The translations under genes were made by a program, and so were the position numbers. From Octopus sinensis (Eukaryota), in contig NW_021831852.1 in assembly GCF_006345805.1 (NCBI RefSeq), forward strand, positions 2,373-66,372: a stretch of 64,000 nt of DNA, read 5' to 3'. Shown here in pieces: positions 1 through 13,135 of this stretch; the first letter of the stretch is position 1, and each line of letters begins with the position of its first letter. The notes under the pieces are model-generated. The model made no database searches, had not been told where the DNA came from, and worked only from the letters and a program-made list of their open reading frames with translations.

Positions 1-46
1 TGTGTGTGAGTGTGTGTGTGTGTTTGTCTGTATATAAATATATTCT

Positions 47-225
47 TTTAACCGTTTCAGTCATTTGACTGCGGCCATGCTAGAACACTGCGTTTAGTAG
101 GACAAATCGACTTCAGGAATTATTCTTTGTAAGCCTTTTGCTCATTATATCGTTATCTCTAGCCGAACCGCTATGTAACGGGGACGTAAATACACCGACA
201 TCAGTTGAGAATCGATAGTGGTGCG
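47..225. mobile_element. Abundant octopus interspersed (SINE-like) repeat; also ~17372-17550, ~30443-30625, ~48120-48295, ~61933-62115
   Basis: TTTCAGTCATTTGACTGCGGCCATGCT...GCCGAACCGCTA..TAACGGGGACGTAAACACACC, recognised from memory as a common octopus repeat; not database-checked. Confidence 0.6.
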
Positions 226-408
226 ACAATAACAGACACATGCATAAAACATAGATACATACACACTATGTGTGCTATACACACACAAACACACACACAT
301 AGATCTATATATATATATATATATATATACATATCACATATACATACACACATATATAGTTACGTAGGTATGTACATACATATCTATCTATCAATCTATT
401 TATCTACA

Positions 409-463
<55 letters not shown>

Positions 464-473
464 TATCTATCTA

Positions 474-544
<71 letters not shown>

Positions 545-583
545 TGAAATATATCTATATATATATCTATATCTATATATATA

Positions 584-599
<16 letters not shown>

Positions 600-614
<15 letters not shown>

Positions 615-2995
615 ACATACATATACACACACCCCAAGGAAACACAAAGAAGGGTGGAATTGTACTCCTGTCCGATCGCTCTTTCACCAGACATAATCCT
701 GGAGAGGGAAATAAGTGCGTAATGAAAAAAATCTAATGGTGGTGTTCTAGCATGGCCATGCCCTGTCGCTGCAACGTTTAGCCCTATTAATATTAGTGTT
801 AAGTATTATATCTAGATGTACACTTCCGCACACGCACAGAAACAAACATATACAAACACACACACACGCACACATAGGAATACGTACATATTTACACACA
901 TTTATCTATTTCTCTCCATCAGGAACGGAAGTGAGGCGAGTTTTTTTTAATCTTTTCTTTCCAACTGAAAATAAAACGTGCGAGTGCCAATGTAGATCGG
1001 TGAATTTCGTAATGTTTGACTGTAATTCACGTTGGTTTTTATATATGACAATATGTAAGAACGAATGTAAATACATACACACAGACACACGGACAAACAC
1101 ACTCACAAATAAACACAAACACACACACATACGCACGCACACAGACACACGTGCTCAATTGTACACGAACAATCACACTATACAGTGTATGTCCACTCAC
1201 ATATATGTGTGCGTTTGTGTGTGTGTATGCGTATAAGTAGATACGTCTATTTGTGATATTTATGGTGTGTATGCCCAAGTATACGTGTATAGCTATATAT
1301 TGATATGTATTTATATATAAATATATATATATATATACATATATATGGGCGTAATGTGCGTACGTTTGCTTGTGTGCTTGTGTGCGCTTAAGTACGTGTA
1401 TGTGCGTGTGTGTCTGTGCCCATATGTATATAGTGTGTGCGTATCTGTATGAGTATTGTGGGCGTCTGTGCTGGTGTGTGTGTATGTACGTGTGTATGTG
1501 TGTGTATGTGTGTGTGCGTATGATACATATATCTCCGTGATCACCGTTACAGATATGTTGCTACATATCGCTGGTCACAATGCGCTTCGCATTGATTTAG
1601 CCTTCAAACGACGCCACCCCGCTGGCTAAGCGAGCAGGCCAACAGAAGAAAGGGAGAAATTTGTAGCGAAAGAGTACAGCAGAGATCACAACAACCCACT
1701 CCCTGAGCCTCGTGGAGCTTTAAACACACACAACGCCCAGTCTGGGAATCGAAACCGCGATCCTACAAGCGTTGGTCCGCAGCCCTAACCACGGGGCCAC
1801 TGCGCCTCCACGCAGACATTTATATAGCACACAAACACCGCACGCACATAACACCCACACAACTCCTAAAACCCACACATACGCACGCATGTACAAATAG
1901 ACATACACACCGATACATATACATACACACAATATATGCCTATACACACATACACATATACATACGTATACACATATAGATACAGACACACACCCACGCA
2001 CGCAAAACATGCGCACGCATATGCACACACGCCCACGAATGCACACACCGAAAACTCACAATCCCACGGATACACGTATATACACCCATATACGCTTACA
2101 CACACACATACAAACGCACATGTACACGCACACACAACTACACGCACATACGAGATAAACGCACATACACACACACACACACAAATGAACCCACACATAC
2201 GTCCCATACACACGGCACACAATTATACATACACGCACACAATTATACATACATGTATACACACAGACGCAAAGTTATTCGCCACACACCCAAACTCTAC
2301 ACACACACACACATGTATCATCATTGCACACATACACACATACAAACACACGCACACATACACTATGTAAAGCACAGTTATTCGCCACACACCCTAACTC
2401 TACGCCTACACACACGAACACACACACATGCACACACACACGATACATATACATACACGCACACACACACATACTTGAAACTAGCGGTACCTACTATTTG
2501 ACCTGTGGTAGAGACAAAAAGAGCCTTCTTCCTTGACCTTAACACTACTAGCCCAACAACATGCAAAGTTTAAAAGCCACAACCACACACACTTATACAC
2601 ACACATGCACACACAAACTTGCCATTATTGTATACATACACACATACACACACACGAACACGCAGACCTCCGCGCACGCTCTTATCCACACTTACACACA
2701 CATTCATCCTCCTCTACCTCCCTCCTGTCTTTGAAAGGACTTTTCTTCATCCATTTCCTTCCGGTCATTCAAAATGTGACCGCGGGTGTACTGTTGGCGA
2801 TTTTTTCCACTCTGTCTTCTCTCCTCTGGATCTTTCCTTCTCGTATGTTTCCGACGAAGAGTCTCACCCGAAACGTTAAACCCTCCTTCTTTCCTTCTTT
2901 CCTGAGCGTCCAATAATACTATATTTGTTCCACGTCCTCGCATTGTTGTTTTTTGTGCTTTCTTGTTTGGATTAATTTATCTATATTTATACATG

Positions 2996-3056
<61 letters not shown>

Positions 3057-3652
3057 TATATATACATACATATACACACACCCCAAGGAAACACAAAGAA
3101 GGGTGGAATTGTACTCCTGTCCGATCGCTCTTTCACCAGACATAATCCTGGAGAGGGAAATAAGTGCGTAATGAAAAAAATCTAATGGTGGTGTTCTAGC
3201 ATGGCCATGCCCTGTCGCTGCAACGTTTAGCCCTATTAATATTAGTGTTAAGTATTATATCTAGATGTACACTTCCGCACACGCACAGAAACAAACATAT
3301 ACAAACACACACACACGCACACATAGGAATACGTACATATTTACACACATTTATCTATTTCTCTCCATCAGGAACGGAAGTGAGGCGAGTTTTTTTTAAT
3401 CTTTTCTTTCCAACTGAAAATAAAACGTGCGAGTGCCAATGTAGATCGGTGAATTTCGTAATGTTTGACTGTAATTCACGTTGGTTTTTATATATGACAA
3501 TATGTAAGAACGAATGTAAATACATACACACAGACACACGGACAAACACACTCACAAATAAACACAAACACACACACACACACACGCACACACACACACA
3601 CATGTATCATCATTGCACACATACACACATACACACACACATATATATATAT

Positions 3653-3687
<35 letters not shown>

Positions 3688-5468
3688 TTGTGTGTGTGTA
3701 TGCGTATAAGTAGATACGTCTATTTGTGATATTTATGGTGTGTATGCCCAAGTATACGTGTATAGCTATATATTGATATGTATTATATATAAATATATAT
3801 ATATATATACATATATATGGGCGTAATGTGCGTACGTTTGCTTGTGTGCTTGTGTGCGCTTAAGTACGTGTATGTGCGTGTGTGTCTGTGCCCATATGTA
3901 TATAGTGTGTGCGTATCTGTATGAGTATTGTGGGCGTCTGTGCTGGTGTGTGTGTATGTACGTGTGTATGTGTGTGTATGTGTGTGTGCGTATGATACAT
4001 ATATCTCCGTGATCACCGTTACAGATATGTTGCTACATATCGCTGGTCACAATGCGCTTCGCATTGATTTAGCCTTCAAACGACGCCACCCCGCTGGCTA
4101 AGCGAGCAGGCCAACAGAAGAAAGGGAGAAATTTGTAGCGAAAGAGTACAGCAGAGATCACAACAACCCACTCCCTGAGCCTCGTGGAGCTTTAAACACA
4201 CACAACGCCCAGTCTGGGAATCGAAACCGCGATCCTACAAGCGTTGGTCCGCAGCCCTAACCACGGGGCCACTGCGCCTCCACGCAGACATTTATATAGC
4301 ACACAAACACCGCACGCACATAACACCCACACAACTCCTAAAACCCACACATACGCACGCATGTACAAATAGACATACACACCGATACATATACATACAC
4401 ACAATATATGCCTATACACACATACACATATACATACGTATACACATATAGATACAGACACACACCCACGCACGCAAAACATGCGCACGCATATGCACAC
4501 ACGCCCACGAATGCACACACCGAAAACTCACAATCCCACGGATACACGTATATACACCCATATACGCTTACACACACACATACAAACGCACATGTACACG
4601 CACACACAACTACACGCACATACGAGATAAACGCACATACACACACACACACACACAAATGAACCCACACATACGTCCCATACACACGGCACACAATTAT
4701 ACATACACGCACACAATTATACATACATGTATACACACAGACGCAAAGTTATTCGCCACACACCCAAACTCTACACACACACACACATGTATCATCATTG
4801 CACACATACACACATACAAACACACGCACACATACACTATGTAAAGCACAGTTATTCGCCACACACCCTAACTCTACGCCTACACACACGAACACACACA
4901 CATGCACACACACACGATACATATACATACACACACACACACATACTTGAAACTAGCGGTACCTACTATTTGACCTGTGGTAGAGACAAAAAGAGCCTTC
5001 TTCCTTGACCTTAACACTACTAGCCCAACAACATGCAAAGTTTAAAAGCCACAACCACACACACTTATACACACACATGCACACACAAACTTGCCATTAT
5101 TGTATACATACACACATACACACACACGAACACGCAGACCTCCGCGCACGCTCTTATCCACACTTACACACACATTCATCCTCCTCTACCTCCCTCCTGT
5201 CTTTGAAAGGACTTTTCTTCATCCATTTCCTTCCGGTCATTCAAAATGTGACCGCGGGTGTACTGTTGGCGATTTTTTCCACTCTGTCTTCTCTCCTCTG
5301 GATCTTTCCTTCTCGTATGTTTCCGACGAAGAGTCTCACCCGAAACGTTAAACCCTCCTTCTTTCCTTCTTTCCTGAGCGTCCAATAATACTATATTTGT
5401 TCCACGTCCTCGCATTGTTGTTTTTTGTGCTTTCTTGTTTGGATTAAATTTATCTATATTTATACATG

Positions 5469-5520
<52 letters not shown>
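600..5520 (+). repeat. Local tandem duplication, 2 x ~2.45 kb, in copy A intron 1
   Basis: CCCAAGGAAACACAAAG at ~632 and ~3082; ORFs 1720/4192 and 2533/5005 are identical; junctions fall in (TA)n. Confidence 0.9.
1550..1810 (-). mobile_element. tRNA-derived SINE (octopus OR/OK-like); second copy at ~4022-4282 (-)
   Basis: Reverse complement begins GGAGGCGCAGTGGCCCCGTGGTTAGG (A box) ... GGTTTCGATTCCC (B box). Confidence 0.75.
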
Positions 5521-5548
<28 letters not shown>

Positions 5549-5583
5549 AGAAATATGTGTGTGTGTGTGTTTGTGTGTGTGTA

Positions 5584-6200
5584 CAAGCAGACATACCTGA
5601 CATTGCTGGGGATTAAAATGGCAAAGTTGGTATATAATATATTCCAGTCATTTTGAAACAGGTGATATGGGAAAGTGCAACATTGACAACAAAACATTTG
5701 TAGAGTAAATGCTGGGCTAATTCGACTAAGCAACATGCTATGCGTCCGTTTGGAGTGTTTCAGGCCCTAACTTGTCATGCAAAATTCGAGGTGGGGTTTG
5801 TGTGATTTTTTAACGCACCGTAAAGCTGTCAGTGTGCGCTGTGTCTAACACGACCCATCATCGGAAATTTTGACACCTCACGTCGAGTTTGTAGTCCTAC
5901 ATCACTCATAGAGAAAATTTGGACGAACTGTGGTTGTTCATTCGCGGGTACAAGGGAACCGATGAGGAGATAGACTTGCCATTGAACTTCGACGTCGGCG
6001 TAAATTCATGTTTATCTATCTTAGATTCACCAAACGATGTCATTTGAAATGCATATTTGTATTGTCTGATATTGTTCAGAAAATCCTTCGACTGGAGTGA
6101 AGCGCCTTCTAGAAGATTCCTAAAGGGTTGAGATGGTAGTGTTGACAATGATTCCTGTCCGTATATGTTGTCATCTATTGCATTGTTTTAAGTTCTAAAC
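5584..6200 (-). mobile_element. Helitron remnant (Rep N-terminal region plus 3' terminus) in intron 1; also ~20250-20860, ~35942-36590, ~51029-51670
   Basis: FLNNIRQY..AFQMTSFG and FKVQGQVY..IGSLVP motifs on the minus strand; minus-strand end CCCAGCAATGCCGGG-tatgtctg-CTAG|T (hairpin, 8 nt, CTAG) in C and D, near-identical in B; CTAG mutated in A. Confidence 0.85.
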
Positions 6201-6255
6201 GATAATAAATACCCTGAAGTTCTATTTATATGATCCTATTTCTATTTTTTCACAG

Positions 6256-6306
6256 AACCGTTTCATCTCCAAGAAATCTCTCGACGATAACCTGATGACA
6301 CACCAA
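6256..6306 (+). CDS. Copy A exon 2 (stalk, NRFISKKSLDD..); 51 nt vs 52 nt in copies B/C, so frameshifting as assembled
   Basis: tttttcacag|AACCGT...CCAA|gtaaga; GATAACCTG vs GATAAACCTG in B/C. Exon 1 of copy A lies before the window. Confidence 0.8.
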
Positions 6307-6544
6307 GTAAGAACTAATTTTATAGCTAAAGTCTTTTACCCGTGTCTCCTTAACCAATGATTTATAATTTCACCAACTTTGAATTAGTTCCACATTACTA
6401 TCCACATGTCCACAATAATATATACTAAGACACTTGCCTGAATTTATTTTAAAATATGTTCTACTTTACAATAATTTCCTAAATGAAATGTTATTCATTA
6501 TACTATGGCATTTATTGTGTATATAAGAGTATATCTGCAGTGCT

Positions 6545-8175
6545 ACGTCGAGAATTGTTTCTGCCCACACGGTGCCCCCGAGGGTGCTCTTCACCGAGTG
6601 TCCGAGGCGGCCGGTACGTTCACTGTGAAAAAACTGGAGTGCTCAGAGCGATCCCACCGGCTTGCATAAGAAAAGCATGGTGTGCCCTCTTCATCTGAGA
6701 ATCAAATGCCCGAGCTGGCGCTTCACTGCGTTTATATCTACAATTCAGCATTCTGTCCACTCTTGTGCTTCTAATCATTCGTGAATAGAGACCCGTAATA
6801 ATGATGTTCCACTTTCCTACACATTGCATATTTGTCAATCCTACCTTGCGTTACACGGCAGCTAACCCATTCAATGCAGGTTGTTGGTGACCATCAGACA
6901 AATTAGGTAGCAGCATGTCGTCCACAAATAACAGTCGACCGATCACGTAGAGATGAATTGGGATACCTCTACCACAATGGCTGCGCATATTCAACCAGAT
7001 CACAAAAAAAGAATGTGAGAAGGGGCACTAACAATGCACACTTCAACTAAGTGAAACCTTCACGTTGAAATTTTTCGACAGTTACATAAATACAATCATT
7101 TGATTATCCATATAATTATTTTATGGCGACAAATTTTCGCCCAGTAAACTCACCTTCCTGGTAAACCATCCGCAACATGCTCCAGGGCACGTGATCGTGT
7201 GCCTTTTCATGGTTTACAGCGTATTCCTACAGGAAATGCTTCACTGTTTGCTGGAAGATCTGTCTTTGAACGACTATCTGGTCGGATGTACTGCGTCCCG
7301 GACACGATAATTTCCCTACGTATCTTTTCCTGATATCTAGTGTAGACTTTTCTATAATTAGAACACACTTTTTGGTCTCCGTTTGAAAAAATTATGATTG
7401 TCTCCCCATATTTCCATTGCCTTGGTGTTTTTTTCCAGAGGTCCCATCCACCTAGCATGCATGGGTCACTCAGAGAATACCATCTGTATTTAAGTTTTCT
7501 AAACTATCAAGCCGACCCTGCTTTTCACCAGCAGTTTTATCACTTTTAAGTGAATTGAGCTCAAATAAGCGTTCAACCGAAAAGAACCTGCCGAAAATAT
7601 ATACAATCACGAATCCATTTCGATGTCCAAGTTCATTCAGGAGAGTCACTCTAAATTTGGATGCAAAAGTCTCCACATTTTTTGTTTTGATCCCAGCATC
7701 CACTGCGGCTTCCAACTGTATTCTGTAGGTCGCACTAGACTTACCAATTTCCAGTGTTCGGCAGACTGTAGGGATTTTCAGGCTTTCAGACATTTAAGTA
7801 GTGACGAGTTGACAAATTCACCCCTCCTTTTACCCGAACGTTCAGCAAAGAGTGAAAGATGACCGAACTCTATCAGAAACCTCTGTCACCAAGTATTTCT
7901 ATACCAGGCACCCTTATAAATATCCCTGTCTTAAAATAATATCTATACCATAGAGAGGAGAGTGTGTATCCGGCACAGAAGCCTGCTATGACCTCTCCAC
8001 TAAGTTCACTGACGACATTCCTTCCAATCTATCCTTTTCACGGTTATCAGTGCCAAGGTGTGGACTGAAGTCTCCTTGCAGGACAAATGACTTTACCCCA
8101 AATATATCTAAAGCTGAGGTGAATTTACTTAGGGAGGATTTGTATTTGACCTCGCTGTTTGCTGCATATACTTAC
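6545..8175 (-). mobile_element. Old degenerate RTE-like LINE (EN + RT) in intron 2, copy A
   Basis: Minus-strand remnants KTPRQWKYGETIIIFSNGDQKVCSNYR, SLKSDKTAGE, LLFVDD; many stops and frameshifts. Confidence 0.8.
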
Positions 8176-8179
8176 AGTA

Positions 8180-8730
8180 CGATAAGGGCTCCAAGGAATA
8201 GCCGTACCCCGTCATCCATCGAGAGGGATCAAAGCAGTTGCCTCCGGATCATGAGGGGACGTGCCCATTCGGGAAATATATTGCAGTCTCCACCAAACTT
8301 AATCTGTGATGCATTGGAAGGGAATACAAAATATGCGTGTTCCAGGACCCCGAAGCAGTTCCAGAAGGGATCAACAGTTCATAATTAAGAAATAAGATTG
8401 TCAAACCCGGACGGTACAAAACGCTGCCTGTTATATATAATCGGTGTCTCCTCAAGAAAGCTTCGTTACTTCGGAGGCGTACACTTGGAAGTAGGTTGGA
8501 AACTCCACCGTGCAGGTGTGGTGCCAACTATGTCAGCACAGGCGGAAGTGGGATGCAGCTTTGGATATATTTGGGGTAAAGTCATTTGTCTTACAAGGAG
8601 ACTTCCGTGCACACTTTGGCGCTGATAACCGCAAGAAGTATAGATTGTGTGGAATGACGTCACACACCTTAATGGGGTGGCCATACTAGTCTTCTGGCAG
8701 GAAACGAACTCTCTTCGCCCAAACACCAAG
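8180..8730 (+). mobile_element. Opposite-orientation, diverged LINE endonuclease fragment, copy A only
   Basis: ORF 8398-8625 IIGVSS..GWKLHRAGVVPTMSAQAEVG; 8557-8630 is a diverged reverse complement of 8041-8116. Confidence 0.65.
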
Positions 8731-9165
8731 CTGATATTTGTAATTGACCAATCAGGTGCCAAGAATTGATAATATAGCCAACATATCTATAAAAGGAGAA
8801 CTTTATCATTTTTATGGTCACAAATATATATATGTACTCACATCCAAGTTCAACTACAAAACAAACATCTGTTCTTAAGGAGACAAATAAACATTCTGAT
8901 ATTCTGAGATTAATCTCTCAATTCGTTGACATCAACATCAACAACAGGCTCAATAGACAAATGACTAATTTTCTTCGTTTAAAATTTATTCTTAGCAAAT
9001 CATTTACTTCTTTCATTCTGATTTTCATTCATTCACTCATTCTTTTTCTCTTAAATTCTAAATTTCTCTCCCCTCTATCAATTCCTTCTAAGCCAACAAC
9101 TTCCTTTGTATAGGATTCAAGAATTCTTTCTTTTATACTTAATTGTTTCATTTTAAATTTCACAG

Positions 9166-9240
9166 AACCTGGTCCCGGATCATTGTATACCCGGTGGGGC
9201 AGAACAACTTGTCCTCCTTATTCAAACCTTGTATATGACG
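9166..9240 (+). CDS. Copy A exon 3 (KPGPGSLYTRWGRTTCPPYSNLVYD), start of the short-chain collagen C4-like domain
   Basis: tttcacag|...GACG|gttagt; 75 nt, phase 1-1; YTRWGRTTCP is typical of this domain family; only 3 substitutions vs copy B although the flanking intron is visibly diverged. Confidence 0.88.
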
Positions 9241-10592
9241 GTTAGTATAAACTATACTTCTGTTCACTCTTTCTCTCTTTATCTTTCTCTTCTTCTCTTT
9301 TTATTCCTCTCATTTTCTCTTTCTGCCGCCCCCTCTCTTTCCGTTTCTCACACGGACACGCAAGCAAATCATGTGATATATCACGTTTTAAACGATACCT
9401 ATAGACCCTATATAGACTGCGCAAGACTGCTTACTCCTTTGTATATATTTTGTAAAATCAGAATTTTAAATGTTGTCTACTACGGACCAGGTGAAAAGGA
9501 TGTTGTCTAACTACAGAATATAGATATCTCTACGTTAAATTATAGATAGGGACTAGACTGGAATCCAGTTTAGCGATCAAGGACTCCTGGCTGACTTGTA
9601 TGGAGTGTAGATATCAAATACCGAGGCAGCTAATTGGTGATCAAGTGTACTGGCTACGGATGGTGGTATTGTACGTGAGTGACCAGAGCTGAAAAGTGGC
9701 CACTTGACTATCATTAGCTAGAGTGTCTATTGATTGTCGTTATAGACTACATTGAACAAGGCCTCTTAGAATTGATGAATGAATGTATATGGTTAATGAA
9801 ATGAACGGAGAATGTACAATGTGGACTGGACAAACCACACACTGTAACTAATGGACAAAGCTAACTAAGGGCTGTATGTATTATGCAAAATATTGAGGGA
9901 CCAAGTACCACTGTGTGAACCCAAGTTAGTACATATTGCACTTCTATTCTTCTCCGCCTTACCGAAATCGTCCTATCCCTCAAACCTTTCTGTTTTCATG
10001 CGCCACCTCCCCTCATTAATTGTCCAGTATATCTTTGTAAAGTAACGCGGACACTTCCAATCCAAAGCTTCCCACATCTTCTCCAACCAACCTCGCATCC
10101 TTTGTGAATCTGCTCCCTATAAGCCCTACACATATCCTTTATCGGTTGCCGACATCACTGTCCATTCATCTTAAGCACTACGCCATCAATGAGCTTCAAA
10201 ATTTACCCCACTTCAGTTCATGCTTTGCATGAAATAAAATCTGTGTGATCATAATATTATAGTATGTGGTAGTTCCGTCTCGTGGAAAGCCTGACTTGTC
10301 CGAGACAAACCGATGGATATAGCCAGCCACGCCCGTATGGTCGGCTAAACAGTATTTCATCCCCTCTTACCCACCAGTTCTCTGCATCTCGCCGTCTCTC
10401 GTATTGTTCTACTCAAACCACATGCAATTCCCATCACCAACAATTTTCCCGTTCAAACGTGAAAGACATCTTTTCCATTTCGGGAAATCACGACCACATG
10501 CGTTACAAAATCCCTTTCCTTTCTCCGTTTATTGACATCCACACACAAACATCTACTCCAAGCAAAACACATCACAACAACAAATACTTACC

Positions 10593-10636
<44 letters not shown>

Positions 10637-10874
10637 AAGACACGCAAACACACACACACACACACATGAAGAGAAGACAAACGCACGACTGCGATCTCAT
10701 ACTCACACAGCTTACACTTACATAAACACTAACATAAACACTAACACCACAATTCGTTCACACGTGACTAAACATGACTCCTTTTAAGGGTCAAACTGTA
10801 ATGAATGTTTCCGTTATTTCATATATAATTTTGCTTAATATCTTTTTTACTTGATTTATTCTTACCAATTCTAG

Positions 10875-11374
10875 GTGTGGCTGGTGGACAATGGTACGAC
10901 GACACAGGTGGCGGAAGTAATCTCTTATGTCTACCTAACGACCCCATTTGGGCCAATTATACTACAAAAGTTGAAGAAGGTGGTCACATTTATGGCAGTG
11001 AATATCAACTACAGGATTACGACACCAATACCATCTTTTCTTTTGCTAACGCTAAATCACTTCATGATCACAACGTTCCGTGCGCTGTCTGTTTGACACG
11101 ACAACCTGCTGTTGTTATGACGTTACCAGCCAGAACACAGTGTTACCCTGGTTGGACAGCTGAGTATTCGGGATATTTGATGTCCAGTCTTCACGCAGAA
11201 AAAGGCAGACTAGAATATGTGTGTGTGGACTATGCACCAGAAGCTGATCCAGCTGGTTACAGAAACGAAAATGGAGCTGTATTATATTTCGTTCAGGCTG
11301 CTTGTGGTTCATGGCCATGTCCACCGTATGTCCATGGTCAAGAATTAACCTGTGTTGTATGCAGTAAATATTGA
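10875..11374 (+). CDS. Copy A exon 4, short-chain collagen C4-like Cys-rich domain, intact reading frame
   Basis: ttctag|GT acceptor; ORF 10877-11374 with GGGSNLLCLP, YGSEY, VPCAVC, GYLM, CGSWPCPPY, ELTCVVCSKY; AATAAA at 11486-11491. Confidence 0.92.
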
Positions 11375-11749
11375 ATATAAATTAAATTCGGTTCCATATG
11401 AAAATATCTCTGTGAATTTCAATATATAACATAAAATTTTCAATTTTGTTACCTAATATTTTCTTTAAAGTATGTCTATCGTTACAATAAACTGTTGTAC
11501 TAGTTTACAGAAGATATTCAAACAATACAAAAGAGGCGACGTAGAATGCCAGAAATATCCTCAAAAACAAGAAAAATCTAAATCTGTCGGAATGATTCTA
11601 GAAAACATTTTGTAAGATTTCAGTTTATCAAACTTATCGTTGAAATAAAATGTTATTTTGTTTAACAGTATTTTGTCTTCTGTCTCATGATTCAACAAAA
11701 CCCCAAATAAAGTACCACCATAGAATTATATCAGCTTTTCATCTAATAC

Positions 11750-12350
11750 TCGACGCTACTATCTCAGACATCTTGCTTTTGAAATTACAACTCGGAATCT
11801 GACAATGACAAAGAACCACCACATTATTTAACTCAGAAAACACATGATCGCTTCAAAAACAACAACCAATTACTTCTACACAAACCATTTTATTTGCCTT
11901 TATTAATCAGGGAAGCTTTCCGTTCCATTCTTACCTCATAACTTATAACCTAAATCTAAATCACAACCTTCCCACCTCTCCACAAATTATGACAAAATGA
12001 AACTCTAAGCTCACAACATACACATCATACACTAAACGCTGATATACAAGAATGAGAAAGGAAATCAACCAGAAAAATTGTCTCATTTCAGCAGCAGAGA
12101 ACATCAAATACGACGATTTCTTTCACTCATCTACGTAAACATACCAGAACCGAAGAAAGGATGGATCCTAGAAGCTGAATACATTTCATGCGAAACGAAT
12201 ACAACACCCATAAAAGTGAGAGTAAAGAGAGCAAATATAGTCAGGGCAAGCACGGATGCTGTGTGTAAGAAGGCTGAGATGTTGTGACCGTCACGTTATA
12301 TCCAATAGGATTCATGACAGTATGTTGGAGTGTGTCGAATATTTGTTAGA
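11750..12350 (+). mobile_element. Possible highly decayed Penelope-like (GIY-YIG end) fragment downstream of the gene; also ~43000-43670, ~56600-57240
   Basis: Weak resemblance of WILEAEYI to the GIY-YIG C-terminal motif; no intact ORF. Confidence 0.25.
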
Positions 12351-13135
12351 TAAACGAAGGGTTCGGTTAACAACATCAAGCTGCAATAAAGATTAAAGAT
12401 TATTAATGTTTACTATCCCACTATTATTAGTCTGATGGGTAAATCTGCATTCGCTTCTCTAGATTACAAATATTTTCTTGGTTGTAAATCGTAAACAATT
12501 GCAGAGAATACGGACGCTGGTAGATCTTCAAATTCATCTTTTTATTCAGCGGCATAATTAGACAGTTAAAACGACCGCCATGTGTTTAAGCTGTACAGAG
12601 CATGCGCAGCTAAATAAGCAACCCGCCATTACAATAGGAAAAATTATGGGGCTTTGTTGAAATCTGACATGGCTGTAAGATTTATTTTGTAGCTTATTTC
12701 AAATTAATATTAATTCGAGGGCCAAACAGAGAGTGTTACACACACACACACACACACGCACACACACACACACACATACACACACACATATATATATATT
12801 AAATTAGGTCAAACTATATCTGAGGGGTCTACTATGCTTCATCTAAGAATATTTAATCATAACTGTAGAATTCCGTCGTACATATGCAGTCCATACGGAA
12901 GGTGCACTTGCGAATTGAGTTTCAAATGGGAGACACTGTACCTGTATGTTTTGCTATGATTTATAAAACAAGAAGAAAAATATTCAAAGCTAGTGACAAT
13001 GACTAGCTAAAAATATGTATGAATGTCATTCTTCGGTTTTAATAGAATATTTCTGGCCAACAGAAAGAGAGACGGCTTCTAACTTAGTTCCAAGTATCTT
13101 TCATTGGAATTTCAACAACATGAACAGGATATTTT

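Noticed and set aside
905-935. Acceptor-like tttctctccatcag followed by GAACGGAA|gtgagg (8-nt micro-exon)
   Set aside because: It would break the frame between exons 1 and 2 and nothing else supports it; needs RNA-seq junction reads.
1550-1810. Functional tRNA gene at the SINE heads
   Set aside because: A and B boxes are present but there is no complete cloverleaf, and a tRNA-unrelated body follows.
9500-10560. Possible further decayed LINE fragments in intron 3
   Set aside because: Only faint motif resemblance in broken frames; I cannot assign a family without an HMM search.
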